Notes: generated by a model from the sequence alone, not told the origin. A DNA stretch of 64,000 bases from Limnohabitans sp. (GCA_030053945.1 JASGCW010000009.1:1690-65689); one strand, 5' to 3'; numbered from the stretch's first letter, positions 38,514-48,912 are shown. Translations and numbers: made by a program.

Positions 38514-40604
38514 ATGCGATTTTTTGAAAAAACATCTCCTTACAAACAATTGTTGAATTTATCCTTATTAGCAAGTTTCATTTTGCGAATAGTTTTGTTA
38601 TTTCATCCTATAACTTCTGCTTCTTTTTCTTGGGGAGAAATTGGAAAAATCTTTGTACTTGGCTTGCTTTCTGATTCTTTTGTCTTTATAGTGGGATCTG
38701 GATTAATCTGGCTTTATCTGTTGTTTTTATCAAACTCAAAATATGATAAACCTTGGGGGTATGTAATATTTGGCGGGTTAGTAGCATTGCTGATTTATGT
38801 TTCATTCTTCAATACCATTCTAAATGAATATGGTGGAGTTTTGCCAGAAATCGGGATAAGTTTTGTTGCCTTAAAAACTGTTTTATTTGGTTTACTTCTA
38901 TTTCTTCCTCAGTACAAAAGTAAAATTCGCTTAGTTTTATTTTCAATAGCGATATTCATAGTTACATTAGTAATTATTCAAAATTCTATAAGTGAATTCT
39001 TCTTTTGGAATGAATTTGGAGTTCGTTATAACTTCATAGCGGTAGATTATTTAGTTTATACTAATGAAGTAATTAAAAACATAATGGAATCTTATCCCGT
39101 TGTTCCGTTATTTAGTATTGTTGGTTTAATTACCGCTTTTTTTACCTACAGAATAGTTAAAAAATCAAAGCCTTTTTTAGAGAAGTTACCAACATTTAAA
39201 GAAAAAAAGCAAAGTACTATAGGTTATATCGTTTTGTTTGGAATAGGAATATTTTTAATTCCAGCTTTAGCTAAACAAGAAACTTCAACAAATGTTTTTG
39301 CAAATGAGTTACAAGCAAATGGACTGTATCGTTTTTATTTGGCATTTATGAATTCTGAATTGGATTATAACAAATTCTACAAAACCTTACCTGAAAATGA
39401 AGCTTTTGCATTATTAAAAAAACAAATTCCAACGATTTCAAATAATACAACTGAAAGAAAAATAATAGCTTCAAATCCTGAAATCAAAAAAAATGTTGTT
39501 TTAATAACTATCGAAAGTTTAAGTGCTGATTTTATGAAGTGCTATGGAAACCAACAAAATATTACTCCTTTTTTAGATAGTTTAGCTACAAAAAGTACAC
39601 AGTTTTCAAATTTATATGCTGTAGGAAATAGAACGATTCGCGGACTAGAAGCAGTTACTTTATGCTTACCTCCTTCTCCTGGAGAAAGTATTGTAAAAAG
39701 AAAAGACAATAAAAATAAATTTTCAACAGGTAGTATTTTCAAACAAAAAGGATATACTGTTAAATATCTTTATGGTGGTGATGCTTATTTTGACAATATG
39801 GAAGATTTTTTTAGCGGAAACGGATATGATATTGTCGATAAAAAGACTTTCAAACCTGAAGAAATAACATTTTCAAATGTTTGGGGAGTATGTGATGAAG
39901 ATATGGCAAAAAAAGCGATTAAAGTAATGAATGAAGAAGCTAAAACAGGTAAACCATTCTTTAATCATTGGATGACCGTTAGTAATCACCGACCTTTTAC
40001 TTATCCAGCAGGTAAAATTGATATTCCAAATGATTCAAAATCTCGTGAAGGCGGAGTAAAATATACAGATTATGCTTTGAAACAATTCTTTGAAATGGCA
40101 AAAAAGCAATCTTGGTATAACAATACTATTTTCGTAATTCTGGCAGATCACTGTGCTTCTAGTGCAGGAAAAACAGAACTTCCTATGGATAAATATCGTA
40201 TTCCTGCTATGATTTTTGATCCAACAAAAAGCGGAACAATTAATCCAACTTTAATGTCTCAAATTGATGTGATGCCTACTCTTTTTGGAATATTAAACTT
40301 TAACTATACTAGTAAATTTTACGGACAAGATATTTATGCTACTGATTATAAACCACGTGCTTTTATTGCAACTTACCAAGATTTAGGTTTTATAAAAGAT
40401 AATGTTTTAACAATTATTTCGCCAAAACAAAAAGCAAAACAATTTGATTTGGTTTTACAATCTTCTACGCTACCTAAAGAATTTCAATTAATGTATGATG
40501 AAAAATCTAAAGCGAAGCTAGATAATAAACTAGTAAATGAAACGGTGTCCTTTTACCAAACAACTTCCTTTTTACTTAAAAACAAAAAATATCAAAAAGA
40601 ATAA
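38514..40604 (+). CDS. LTA synthase family / sulfatase-fold membrane protein
   Basis: N-terminal TM helices; NVVLITIESLS, GNRTIRGLEA, TVSNHRPF, ADH. Start taken as the ATG at 38514. Confidence 0.85.
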   Translation: MRFFEKTSPYKQLLNLSLLASFILRIVLLFHPITSASFSWGEIGKIFVLGLLSDSFVFIVGSGLIWLYLLFLSNSKYDKPWGYVIFGGLVALLIYVSFFNTILNEYGGVLPEIGISFVALKTVLFGLLLFLPQYKSKIRLVLFSIAIFIVTLVIIQNSISEFFFWNEFGVRYNFIAVDYLVYTNEVIKNIMESYPVVPLFSIVGLITAFFTYRIVKKSKPFLEKLPTFKEKKQSTIGYIVLFGIGIFLIPALAKQETSTNVFANELQANGLYRFYLAFMNSELDYNKFYKTLPENEAFALLKKQIPTISNNTTERKIIASNPEIKKNVVLITIESLSADFMKCYGNQQNITPFLDSLATKSTQFSNLYAVGNRTIRGLEAVTLCLPPSPGESIVKRKDNKNKFSTGSIFKQKGYTVKYLYGGDAYFDNMEDFFSGNGYDIVDKKTFKPEEITFSNVWGVCDEDMAKKAIKVMNEEAKTGKPFFNHWMTVSNHRPFTYPAGKIDIPNDSKSREGGVKYTDYALKQFFEMAKKQSWYNNTIFVILADHCASSAGKTELPMDKYRIPAMIFDPTKSGTINPTLMSQIDVMPTLFGILNFNYTSKFYGQDIYATDYKPRAFIATYQDLGFIKDNVLTIISPKQKAKQFDLVLQSSTLPKEFQLMYDEKSKAKLDNKLVNETVSFYQTTSFLLKNKKYQKE

Positions 40605-40622
40605 TTTAATAATTTATGAGCT

Positions 40623-42311
40623 ATGAAACTATCTAAAGTATTCGTTTGTTTTTTATTTTTCTTGTTTAATATTAATTATTCGCAAGAAAAAAAAATAAAT
40701 GGTTTTTTATCAGACAGAGCAATGATAGTTTCTGCTAGAAAAGAAGCTTCGAAAATTGGTGTCGAGATTTTAAAAAAAGGAGGAAATGCCTTTGATGCAA
40801 TGATGGCTACTGAACTTGCTCTAGCAGTTTGTTATCCTCAAGCAGGAAATATTGGTGGTGGAGGTTTTATGGTTTTTAGAAAAAGTAATGGAGAAATAGG
40901 CTCTCTTGATTATAGGGAAAAAGCGCCAAGTTTAGCCTCTAAAGATATGTTTTTGGATGAAAACAAAAATGTCAAAAAAGATTTAAACACAGATCACGTT
41001 ATTTTTACAGGAGTTCCAGGAACTATAGCAGGAATTTTTGAAGCTCAAAAAAAATATGGCAAACTCCCGTTAAATGTTATCTTTTTACCAGTAATTAATT
41101 TAGCTACTAAAGGTTTTGTAGTTACAGAAAAAAACGAAAAAACTTTTTCAAGTTACACTAACGATTTTATCAAGGCTAATGGAGAAAATAGTTTGTTTTC
41201 AAAAAATTATAAAAAAGGCGATACGATAAAACAACCCTATTTAGCGAAAACTTTTGAACGTATTTTAAAAAACGGTAAAGACGAATTTTACAAAGGACAA
41301 ACGGCAAAAGAGTTTGTCAAATATGTAAAAAAGAAAGATGGAATTATAAGTGAATCTGATTTAGCCTCATATAAACCCATATGGAGAAAACCAATTACTT
41401 TTAAGTATAAAGATTACAAGCTTATTTCAATGGCTCCTCCTAGTAGTGGTGGTATTACTCTAGGACAAATCCTTAAAATGATTGAACCCTATGATTTAAA
41501 AAATTATGGTCATAATTCAGAGAAAGCTATTCAGACTATTGTAGAAGCGGAAAGAAGAGCTTATGCAGATAGAAACTATTTTTTAGGCGATCCTGATTTT
41601 GTTAAAATACCAACAAAAGAGTTACTTGATAACGAATATCTTAAAACTAGAATGAAAAGTTTTACTTTAGATAAAGCTACTAAATCATCTGATATTAAAG
41701 AAGGTAGCATTTTATTTAAAGAAAGTACTGAAACCACTCATTATTCTATTATAGATCAATTTGGAAATGCCATAGCTGTAACAACTACGTTAAATGATGA
41801 TTTTGGTTCTAAGCATTATTGCGATGAACTTGGCTTTTTTCTAAATAACCAAATGGATGATTTTAGTATAAAACCAGGTGTAGCAAATATGTATGGATTG
41901 ATAGGTGCAGAGGCTAATAGCATTCAGCCAAATAAAAGAATGTTAAGTTCAATGACACCAACAATCGTAGAGAAAAACAATAAATTATTTATGGTTTTAG
42001 GAACTCCTGGAGGTTCAACTATTATAACATCTGTACTTCAAACTTTTTTAAATGTTGTTGAGTATGGTTTAGGAATGCAAGAAGCAGTAAACGCTCCAAG
42101 ATTTCACCATCAATGGTTACCTGATGAAGTTGTATTTGAACCAAATCAATTCGAACCAAAACTTCTTCAAAATTTAAAAGACAAAGGTTATAATATAAAC
42201 GAGAACAATAGCAAAATTATAGGAAAAGTAGATGCTATTTTAGTATTACCAAACGGAAAACTTCAAGGCGGAGCTGACCATAGAGGTGATGATGATGCCA
42301 ATGGTTTCTAA
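40623..42311 (+). CDS. ggt: Gamma-glutamyltransferase
   Basis: GGNAFDA, GNIGGGGF, ETTHYS autocleavage site, KRMLSSMTP, GTPGGSTI. Confidence 0.95.
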   Translation: MKLSKVFVCFLFFLFNINYSQEKKINGFLSDRAMIVSARKEASKIGVEILKKGGNAFDAMMATELALAVCYPQAGNIGGGGFMVFRKSNGEIGSLDYREKAPSLASKDMFLDENKNVKKDLNTDHVIFTGVPGTIAGIFEAQKKYGKLPLNVIFLPVINLATKGFVVTEKNEKTFSSYTNDFIKANGENSLFSKNYKKGDTIKQPYLAKTFERILKNGKDEFYKGQTAKEFVKYVKKKDGIISESDLASYKPIWRKPITFKYKDYKLISMAPPSSGGITLGQILKMIEPYDLKNYGHNSEKAIQTIVEAERRAYADRNYFLGDPDFVKIPTKELLDNEYLKTRMKSFTLDKATKSSDIKEGSILFKESTETTHYSIIDQFGNAIAVTTTLNDDFGSKHYCDELGFFLNNQMDDFSIKPGVANMYGLIGAEANSIQPNKRMLSSMTPTIVEKNNKLFMVLGTPGGSTIITSVLQTFLNVVEYGLGMQEAVNAPRFHHQWLPDEVVFEPNQFEPKLLQNLKDKGYNINENNSKIIGKVDAILVLPNGKLQGGADHRGDDDANGF

Positions 42312-42451
42312 ACCTTTTAAAAGACAAATATTTAAACACTTTTAACGATAACATTTTTCTGGTCTATACTAAAATGCATTGTATGATAATGATACTAATT
42401 GCACCCCTATGAAACCATATATTTCAAAAATTTTGACTAATGTAAATTTAT

Positions 42452-42515
42452 TTCGTTCAACAGCTAAGGTCGTTGCGTGCGAAGCACGAACAATGAAACC
42501 TTAGCTGTTGTGTGC
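42452..42515. repeat. attC-like imperfect palindrome
   Basis: CAACAGCTAAGG (42458-42469) / CCTTAGCTGTTG (42499-42510) perfect stem, bulged inner stem and a CGTGC-GAA-GCACG apex, just after the SEFIR stop. Confidence 0.6.
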
Positions 42516-42523
42516 AGTTATTG

Positions 42524-43618
42524 TTAAAATTTGTGATTCTGTGTTTCTTTACTTTTCAAAACTGAATCAGGATCTCCTTGTTCAGGTATTTCATCGTAAT
42601 TTCTAAATTCGATTTCTTTTTTAAGAATCATTGAATCATAATCAAGCTCAAACGGTTGAGAAGATCCTTTCGGGTTTTGTATACCACAAGTGATATAAAA
42701 ATATCCAAGCTTTTTATATTCTTCTTTGAATTTTTTTAAACTAGGAGATTCTCCTTCGACATATATCCTATGAAACCTCTGATTTACTGCAATAAATTCT
42801 ACCGCTTCAGCTCCTTCCTTTGAATCTAAAAAATCTTTGAAAACGTCAATATTTTCTCCAACTAGAACGAAATAACCATTCTTTTGGTTCGGCACTTTTC
42901 CTTCTACAATTGACACTCTCAATCTTTCGGATTCGTCTTCTTGACCGATTATGTTTATTAAGCGGGAAAATAGCTCCTTTCCCTTTTCCATTGTTTCAAA
43001 GAATAAAATTACAACTGGAGGTTTTTTACTATTCTCATCCCATAAATATCCTACACCATTTTTCCAATTAGCTTTCTTCCAATCACTTTGTTTAATAAAT
43101 TCTGAGATAAAAAGTGTTTTTCTTTCCTTTTCTGGCAATTCTCTCAATTTACCTAATTCAGGTTTCTTCGTTTTTTGTCCGCGTAATCTCCAATAAAGTT
43201 TTTCATAAGAATCTTTATCATCAACATTATAGAATGTTGCCCCTTGTAAAGGCTCTGGAATGTTTTCAAATTTTCCGTCTTTAAAGAGTACAGGAATAAA
43301 TTTGGTGTTATGTGATCCGGCATTATAAAGTTGCTGATATATTAAGGTACTTTCCCATTTAATACCATTTCCTTTTTCATCTGTTCCCATTACTCGATTG
43401 TAATAGGTTTCAGTACAAACTACTAATACGAAATCTGAATTTTTAACATTTCTGTCCATCCATTTTGGCCAGCCTTCAGGTGGTGAATCCTCATATTGGT
43501 CAAGACTGCAATCAATGCCTTCATTTCTTAATTCGTCTGATAATTTAAGAACTCTGTCCTGATGTTCTTTACTATCGTGACTATAGCTTATAAATACTTT
43601 CGGATTAGTTTCTTCCAT
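42524..43618 (-). CDS. SEFIR (TIR-like) domain protein with an unrecognised C-terminal domain; putative anti-phage gene
   Basis: KVFISYSHDS..H..RVL.LSD.LR..GID..LDQY, GWPKWM, SDFVLVVCTETY, GIKWE, KFIPV. Likely start is the ATG at 43618. Confidence 0.8.
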   Translation of the reverse strand: MEETNPKVFISYSHDSKEHQDRVLKLSDELRNEGIDCSLDQYEDSPPEGWPKWMDRNVKNSDFVLVVCTETYYNRVMGTDEKGNGIKWESTLIYQQLYNAGSHNTKFIPVLFKDGKFENIPEPLQGATFYNVDDKDSYEKLYWRLRGQKTKKPELGKLRELPEKERKTLFISEFIKQSDWKKANWKNGVGYLWDENSKKPPVVILFFETMEKGKELFSRLINIIGQEDESERLRVSIVEGKVPNQKNGYFVLVGENIDVFKDFLDSKEGAEAVEFIAVNQRFHRIYVEGESPSLKKFKEEYKKLGYFYITCGIQNPKGSSQPFELDYDSMILKKEIEFRNYDEIPEQGDPDSVLKSKETQNHKF

Positions 43619-43877
43619 TGCATTGGGTTGTTTATAATTTCGCACAACTCATAAATATCCACAATACTACAAAATAATTTTTTGTAGTGCTAATTTTTAT
43701 AGTCATAGGCTATTTGAAATTTTACAAAGTTTGTATATAAAAAATACCAATTGCGTATTTTTTATATTTATGTAATTTAATATACAAAATACGCTGTATG
43801 TTTTATAACAAAGTAGGGTTCTATAAGTAAGGTAGTAAAAAACACTGACACTCTAATACAGTGTAATGAAAATAAAG

Positions 43878-43911
43878 AAAACCTAAAAAACGTGAAGATT
43901 TTTAGGTTTTG
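43878..43911 (-). terminator. Probable intrinsic terminator after the FAD/Fe-S oxidoreductase
   Basis: AAAACCTAAAAA / TTTTTAGGTTTT inverted repeat. Confidence 0.6.
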
Positions 43912-43915
43912 TCAA

Positions 43916-46840
43916 TTATTTCAAGGCTTTAAACAAAATCTCGACAGGATGGAGTGCTCTTCTTCCTGTACCGTCGGCAATTTGATGTCGGCAGCTAGTT
44001 CCCGAAGCCGAAATAATCGTTTCTTGTGCTTCTTGCCTAATGGTTGGAAATAAAACCAGTTCCCCTATTTTCATCGAAATATCGTAATGCTCTTTTTCAT
44101 AACCAAATGAACCAGCCATACCGCAACAACCACTTGGTATATTTAAAACCGTATAGTTTTTAGGTAAAGAAAGAATTTGTTTTAATGGTACTAATGACGA
44201 TAGGGCTTTCTGGAAGCAATGTCCATGCATACGTATACGTTCCTCTTGAAGCGTAAAAGCATCAGGCGTGATTTTTCCTTGTTCGATTTCTTTTGCTAAA
44301 AATTCTTCGATAAGGAAAACACGTTTCGAAAATTGTTTGGCTTTTTGTTTTAATTCCCCTCTGCACAATTCTGGGTATTCGTCTCTGAAACTCAAAATTG
44401 CCGATGGTTCTATCCCAACAAGTACAGCATTAAATGGCATGGTACTTTGAACTATTTGTATGTTTTTCTCAGCAATATCTCGGGCTTGCTTTACCATTCC
44501 TTTTGACAAATAGGTTCTTCCGCTTATACTTATAGCTGGTACAATTACTTTATACCCTAATTTATTGAATAGTTTAACAGCGGTTTGCCCAATGGTAACA
44601 TCAAAATAATTTAAAAATTCATCGTTGTATAAATAAACTTCTCCATTGCAGTAAATCCCTTCTTGCTTATAATTTTTAAACCATTTTTCGAAAGTAGTTT
44701 TATACATAGTAGGAAGGCTACGTTCTACCGCAAAACCAGTTGCTTTTTTAATTACTTTTCCTAAAAAACCTTTGGTTGAAATGTTATATAAGGCTGGAAC
44801 AGATTCAAAAAACTTATTTACTTTAGGTGTATGTCCAATTAATTTGGAACGAAATTTCACTCCGTTTTTATCGTGGTATTGTTGTAGGGTTTCGGCTTTC
44901 AGCTTTGCCATATCTACATTTGAAGGACATTCCGACTTACAGCCTTTACAGCTTAAACACAAATCGAGAACGTCAAGAATTTCCTCGTGATCAAATGGAT
45001 TCGCCTTTTTTGAATTGGTTATCGTTTCACGAAGGATATTGGCACGTGCACGAGTGGTATGTTTTTCATCGCGAGTTGCCATATAACTTGGACACATCGT
45101 TCCACCGCTTTTTTCGGTTTTACGACAGTCGCCAGAACCGTTACACATTTCGGCAGCACGTACAAAACCATTCAAATTAGAGAAATCAAAATACGTTTCA
45201 GGCATAGGAGTTTCTTGTCCCGCTTGATAACGCAAGGAAGTGTCCATAGGTGGTGTATTGACAATTTTTCCTGGATTGAAAACGCCCCAAGGGTCCCAAG
45301 TATTTTTAACTTGGATAAACAAATCATAAATTTCTTCACCCAACATCAGCGGAATAAACTCGCCACGTAAACGACCATCGCCGTGTTCGCCACTTAACGA
45401 ACCTTTGTATTTTTTTACCAAATGAGCAATATCTGTCGCAATGGTTCTAAACATCGCAGTACCTTCTTTGGTTTTTAAATCGATAATAGGACGCAAATGC
45501 AACTCTCCTGTAGCTGCGTGTGCATAATGTACACAGTACAAACCGCGTTCTTGAAGAATAGCGTTAAAATCTTCAATAAAATCAGGTAAATCTTCCACTG
45601 CCACAGCAGTATCTTCAATTACCGCTACCGCTTTAGCATCACCAGGAATGTTTGAAAGCAAACCAAGTCCTGCTTTGCGTAAATTCCAAACTTTATTGGT
45701 ATCTTCCCCATAGACAATAGGGAAATGATAACCTAGTCCAGCAGCACGCATTTGTGCTTCCATTTTTTGAGCAGCTTCTTCAATTTCTTCAACTGTATCT
45801 CTCAAAAATTCAACTACAAGAATAGCTTTAGGATCACCTTCAACAAAGAATCTGTTTTTACTTTGTTCGATATTTTCTTTGGTACAATCTAAAATATAAT
45901 GATCGATTAGTTCCACACTATCTGGCTGGTATTCTAAGGCAATTAAATTTGCTTTCAGCGACTCATTAATACTATTACAGTGCACACAAACTAAGCCCGA
46001 TTTGGCTTTTAAAGCATCAACCAAATTCAATTTGATTTCAGTAGCAAAGAACAAAGTCCCTTCTGACCCTGCGATTAATTTACAAAAATTGAATTGGTCT
46101 TGAAACCCACCGAAAGGTTGAGTATCTCCTAATAAATCGAGTGCATACCCTGTATTACGTCTTGGAATAGATTTTTTAGGGTAATTCGCTTCAATTTTTT
46201 CTCTAATTTCAGGACTCGAAAGAATGTTTTTGGCTTGAAGGTAAATTTGCTGTTCAAGTTCACTTACCACATTAATTCCGTTGCATTTTTCTTCAAATTG
46301 TGCATTGGTAAGTGATCCAAAAGTTACTTCGTTACCATCGGCCAAAAAGCCTTTAATTTCTAGTAAATGATCACGAGTAGAACCATACACTACAGATCGA
46401 GCTCCGCAGGCATTATTACCTACCATCCCTCCTATCATACAACGATTACTCGTAGAAGTTTCTGGACCAAAAAACAATCCGAAACTTTTCAGGTGAAGAT
46501 TTAACTCATCGCGAATCACTCCAGGTTGTACCCAAGCACTTTTTTCTTCTTTATTTACCGAAATAATACTAGTAAATTCTTGCGAAATATCTACTACTAT
46601 TCCCTGCCCTACAACTTGGCCAGCTAGCGATGTTCCAGCTGCACGAGGAATAACACTTAATTGATTTTCTCTAGCAAAATCTATTATGGTTTTTATATCA
46701 GCTGCTGTTTTAGGAACCGTTACCGCCAGTGGCATTTCTTTGTAAGCACTGGCATCGGTTGCGTATAAGGTTCGCATAGTGTCATCAAAGAAACACTTGC
46801 CTTGTATTTTATGTTGTAAAGTTTGAAGCAACTTTGTCAT
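43916..46840 (-). CDS. FAD-binding, Fe-S cluster oxidoreductase (YdiJ / D-2-hydroxyacid dehydrogenase type)
   Basis: PRAAGTSLAGQ, HAATGELH, SGEHGDGRLR, CNGSGDC, CLSCKGCKSECP, CCGMAGSFG; 974 aa. Confidence 0.85.
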   Translation of the reverse strand: MTKLLQTLQHKIQGKCFFDDTMRTLYATDASAYKEMPLAVTVPKTAADIKTIIDFARENQLSVIPRAAGTSLAGQVVGQGIVVDISQEFTSIISVNKEEKSAWVQPGVIRDELNLHLKSFGLFFGPETSTSNRCMIGGMVGNNACGARSVVYGSTRDHLLEIKGFLADGNEVTFGSLTNAQFEEKCNGINVVSELEQQIYLQAKNILSSPEIREKIEANYPKKSIPRRNTGYALDLLGDTQPFGGFQDQFNFCKLIAGSEGTLFFATEIKLNLVDALKAKSGLVCVHCNSINESLKANLIALEYQPDSVELIDHYILDCTKENIEQSKNRFFVEGDPKAILVVEFLRDTVEEIEEAAQKMEAQMRAAGLGYHFPIVYGEDTNKVWNLRKAGLGLLSNIPGDAKAVAVIEDTAVAVEDLPDFIEDFNAILQERGLYCVHYAHAATGELHLRPIIDLKTKEGTAMFRTIATDIAHLVKKYKGSLSGEHGDGRLRGEFIPLMLGEEIYDLFIQVKNTWDPWGVFNPGKIVNTPPMDTSLRYQAGQETPMPETYFDFSNLNGFVRAAEMCNGSGDCRKTEKSGGTMCPSYMATRDEKHTTRARANILRETITNSKKANPFDHEEILDVLDLCLSCKGCKSECPSNVDMAKLKAETLQQYHDKNGVKFRSKLIGHTPKVNKFFESVPALYNISTKGFLGKVIKKATGFAVERSLPTMYKTTFEKWFKNYKQEGIYCNGEVYLYNDEFLNYFDVTIGQTAVKLFNKLGYKVIVPAISISGRTYLSKGMVKQARDIAEKNIQIVQSTMPFNAVLVGIEPSAILSFRDEYPELCRGELKQKAKQFSKRVFLIEEFLAKEIEQGKITPDAFTLQEERIRMHGHCFQKALSSLVPLKQILSLPKNYTVLNIPSGCCGMAGSFGYEKEHYDISMKIGELVLFPTIRQEAQETIISASGTSCRHQIADGTGRRALHPVEILFKALK

Positions 46841-46846
46841 TTTCTT

Positions 46847-48763
46847 TTAATATAAGATTCGGTAACGAATCGTATTAGGAATTTCTTTTAATTGTTTTTC
46901 TAATTCAGGATCGTAGAAACTATCCACATCTGTAATTACATATCCAATTTGCTCATTGGTTTTTAAATATTGTCCTAAAATATTGCAATTTGCATTAGAA
47001 AGAATCGTATTGATTTGAGCCAAAATACCTTTCACATTTTCGTGAATATGCATAATACGGTGGGCATTTTGGAATTCTGGTAATTGAATTTCTGGCAAAT
47101 TCACACTTCCAAAAGTCGTTCCTGTATTAATATACTGAATAATTTTACGAGATACATAATTTCCTATATCGTGTTGTGCTTCTTCGGTACTTCCGCCAAT
47201 ATGAGGTGTTAAAATAACATTATCTCTACCACATAATTCAGATACGAAAGGTTCGTCGTTGTTTTTAGGTTCATACGGGAATACATCAACAGCAGCTCCT
47301 CTAATTTTTCCGTTATCTAAATTCTCGACTAAAGCTTTGATATCTACAATATGACCTCTTGAAAGGTTTAAGAAAATCACACCATCTTTCATAGATTTAA
47401 ACGCTTCGGCATCGATTAGGTTTTGATTTACTCCGCGACCATCTACGTGTAACGAAATCACATCAGACAACGCCAATAATTCTTTTAATGAGGCGCATTT
47501 TTTAGCATTTCCTAAAGCTAGTTTATCTACTACATCGTAAAAATACACTTGCATTCCTAAAGCTTCGGCAATTACAGATAATTGTGAACCTATACTACCA
47601 TAACCTACAAGCCCTAGTTTTTTTCCGCGAAGCTCCATACTTCCGTTAGCCGATTTATCCCAAATACCTTTGTGCATTTTGGTGCTTTTTTCGAAAGTAG
47701 AACGCATAAGCATAATCATTTCGCCCAAAGCTAATTCTACCACCGAACGAGTGTTGCTATATGGCGCATTGAAAACTGCAATACCTTTTTCGCTACATTT
47801 CTTTAAATTCACTTGATTTGTTCCAATACAAAACGTACCTATAGCGTGTAATTTATTAGCGTTTTCAAGAACTTTTTCGGTAATTTCTGTTTTAGAACGA
47901 ATTCCAATAATAGAAACATCTTTTATTTTCTCACACAATTCCTCTTCAGAAAGCGAACCTTTAACTGTAGTTACATTATACCCTTCTCTTTCAAATTGAG
48001 CTACTGCATCAGGATGGATATTTTCTAATAATAAAACATTGATTCTGTTTTTAGGGTAAGAAACAGAAGCTTTTATAGATAAATCATATAAAATTTCATC
48101 TAAAGAAGGAGCTACTTTTTCGGCTAAAGCTAACACCACTTGGCGTTGCACATTTTCTGTAAAAGCATAAAATTTTGACACCACGCCGTGTTGGATTGTT
48201 TCATAATCTGTATAGCCATCACCTATCATAATCACTTCGCCATCAAGATTAAGTGATTTTATTTTTAGAGCTTTTCCTTGATTTTCGCAAAGTTCTTCGG
48301 TTTCATCAAAACTGATAATTTTACCTTCGTTATCAAATACAAATGAATTTGCTAAAACATTTTCAGGTTTAATACCAAATTCTTGCACGATAGGTACAAT
48401 AATTTCCTTGAACCCATTAGAAATGATGTAAATATCCTCAGGGTTTTGCTTAAAAAACAAAGCATTTCTCGTTACCGAACTAGAAATTTTTAATTTCAAT
48501 TGCTTAATAAGCTCTTCCAGATTATCACGATTCGCTTGTAATAAATCTAATCTTTTCTGAAGCGATTCTTTTAAGGACATTTTGCCTTCCATACCAAGAT
48601 TCGTAATTTCTTGGATTTGCTTTAAAATAGCTTCTCCTTGATTTGAATTGCCATGTACAATTTCGCATAATACATCGAGTGCTTCTACCTGAATAAAAGT
48701 ACTGTCAAAATCAAAAATTAATGTTCTTGTTGTTTGTGTTGTTGTGGTTGTTGTAGTAGTCAT
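46847..48763 (-). CDS. serA: D-3-phosphoglycerate dehydrogenase with an N-terminal HAD phosphatase (SerB-like) domain and a C-terminal ACT domain
   Basis: FDFDST and GDGYTD HAD motifs; FCIGTNQV, GLVGYGSIG, LTPHIGGSTEEAQ SerA motifs. Confidence 0.9.
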   Translation of the reverse strand: MTTTTTTTTQTTRTLIFDFDSTFIQVEALDVLCEIVHGNSNQGEAILKQIQEITNLGMEGKMSLKESLQKRLDLLQANRDNLEELIKQLKLKISSSVTRNALFFKQNPEDIYIISNGFKEIIVPIVQEFGIKPENVLANSFVFDNEGKIISFDETEELCENQGKALKIKSLNLDGEVIMIGDGYTDYETIQHGVVSKFYAFTENVQRQVVLALAEKVAPSLDEILYDLSIKASVSYPKNRINVLLLENIHPDAVAQFEREGYNVTTVKGSLSEEELCEKIKDVSIIGIRSKTEITEKVLENANKLHAIGTFCIGTNQVNLKKCSEKGIAVFNAPYSNTRSVVELALGEMIMLMRSTFEKSTKMHKGIWDKSANGSMELRGKKLGLVGYGSIGSQLSVIAEALGMQVYFYDVVDKLALGNAKKCASLKELLALSDVISLHVDGRGVNQNLIDAEAFKSMKDGVIFLNLSRGHIVDIKALVENLDNGKIRGAAVDVFPYEPKNNDEPFVSELCGRDNVILTPHIGGSTEEAQHDIGNYVSRKIIQYINTGTTFGSVNLPEIQLPEFQNAHRIMHIHENVKGILAQINTILSNANCNILGQYLKTNEQIGYVITDVDSFYDPELEKQLKEIPNTIRYRILY

Positions 48764-48912
48764 GATTGTATTCTTGGAAATTTAAAAATAAGGCTGCAAG
48801 TTACTATTATTAAATGGAAAAGCCCTCCTATTTTCACAGGAGAACTTTACATTTTAAAGTCAATAATTGCTAGGTAAAATTACCACATTTGGTATTACCT
48901 AAAAACTTTTAT

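Noticed and set aside
42311-43916. Complete integron
   Set aside because: There is no integrase and only one attC-like site in the window, so it is reported only as a cassette-like hypothesis.
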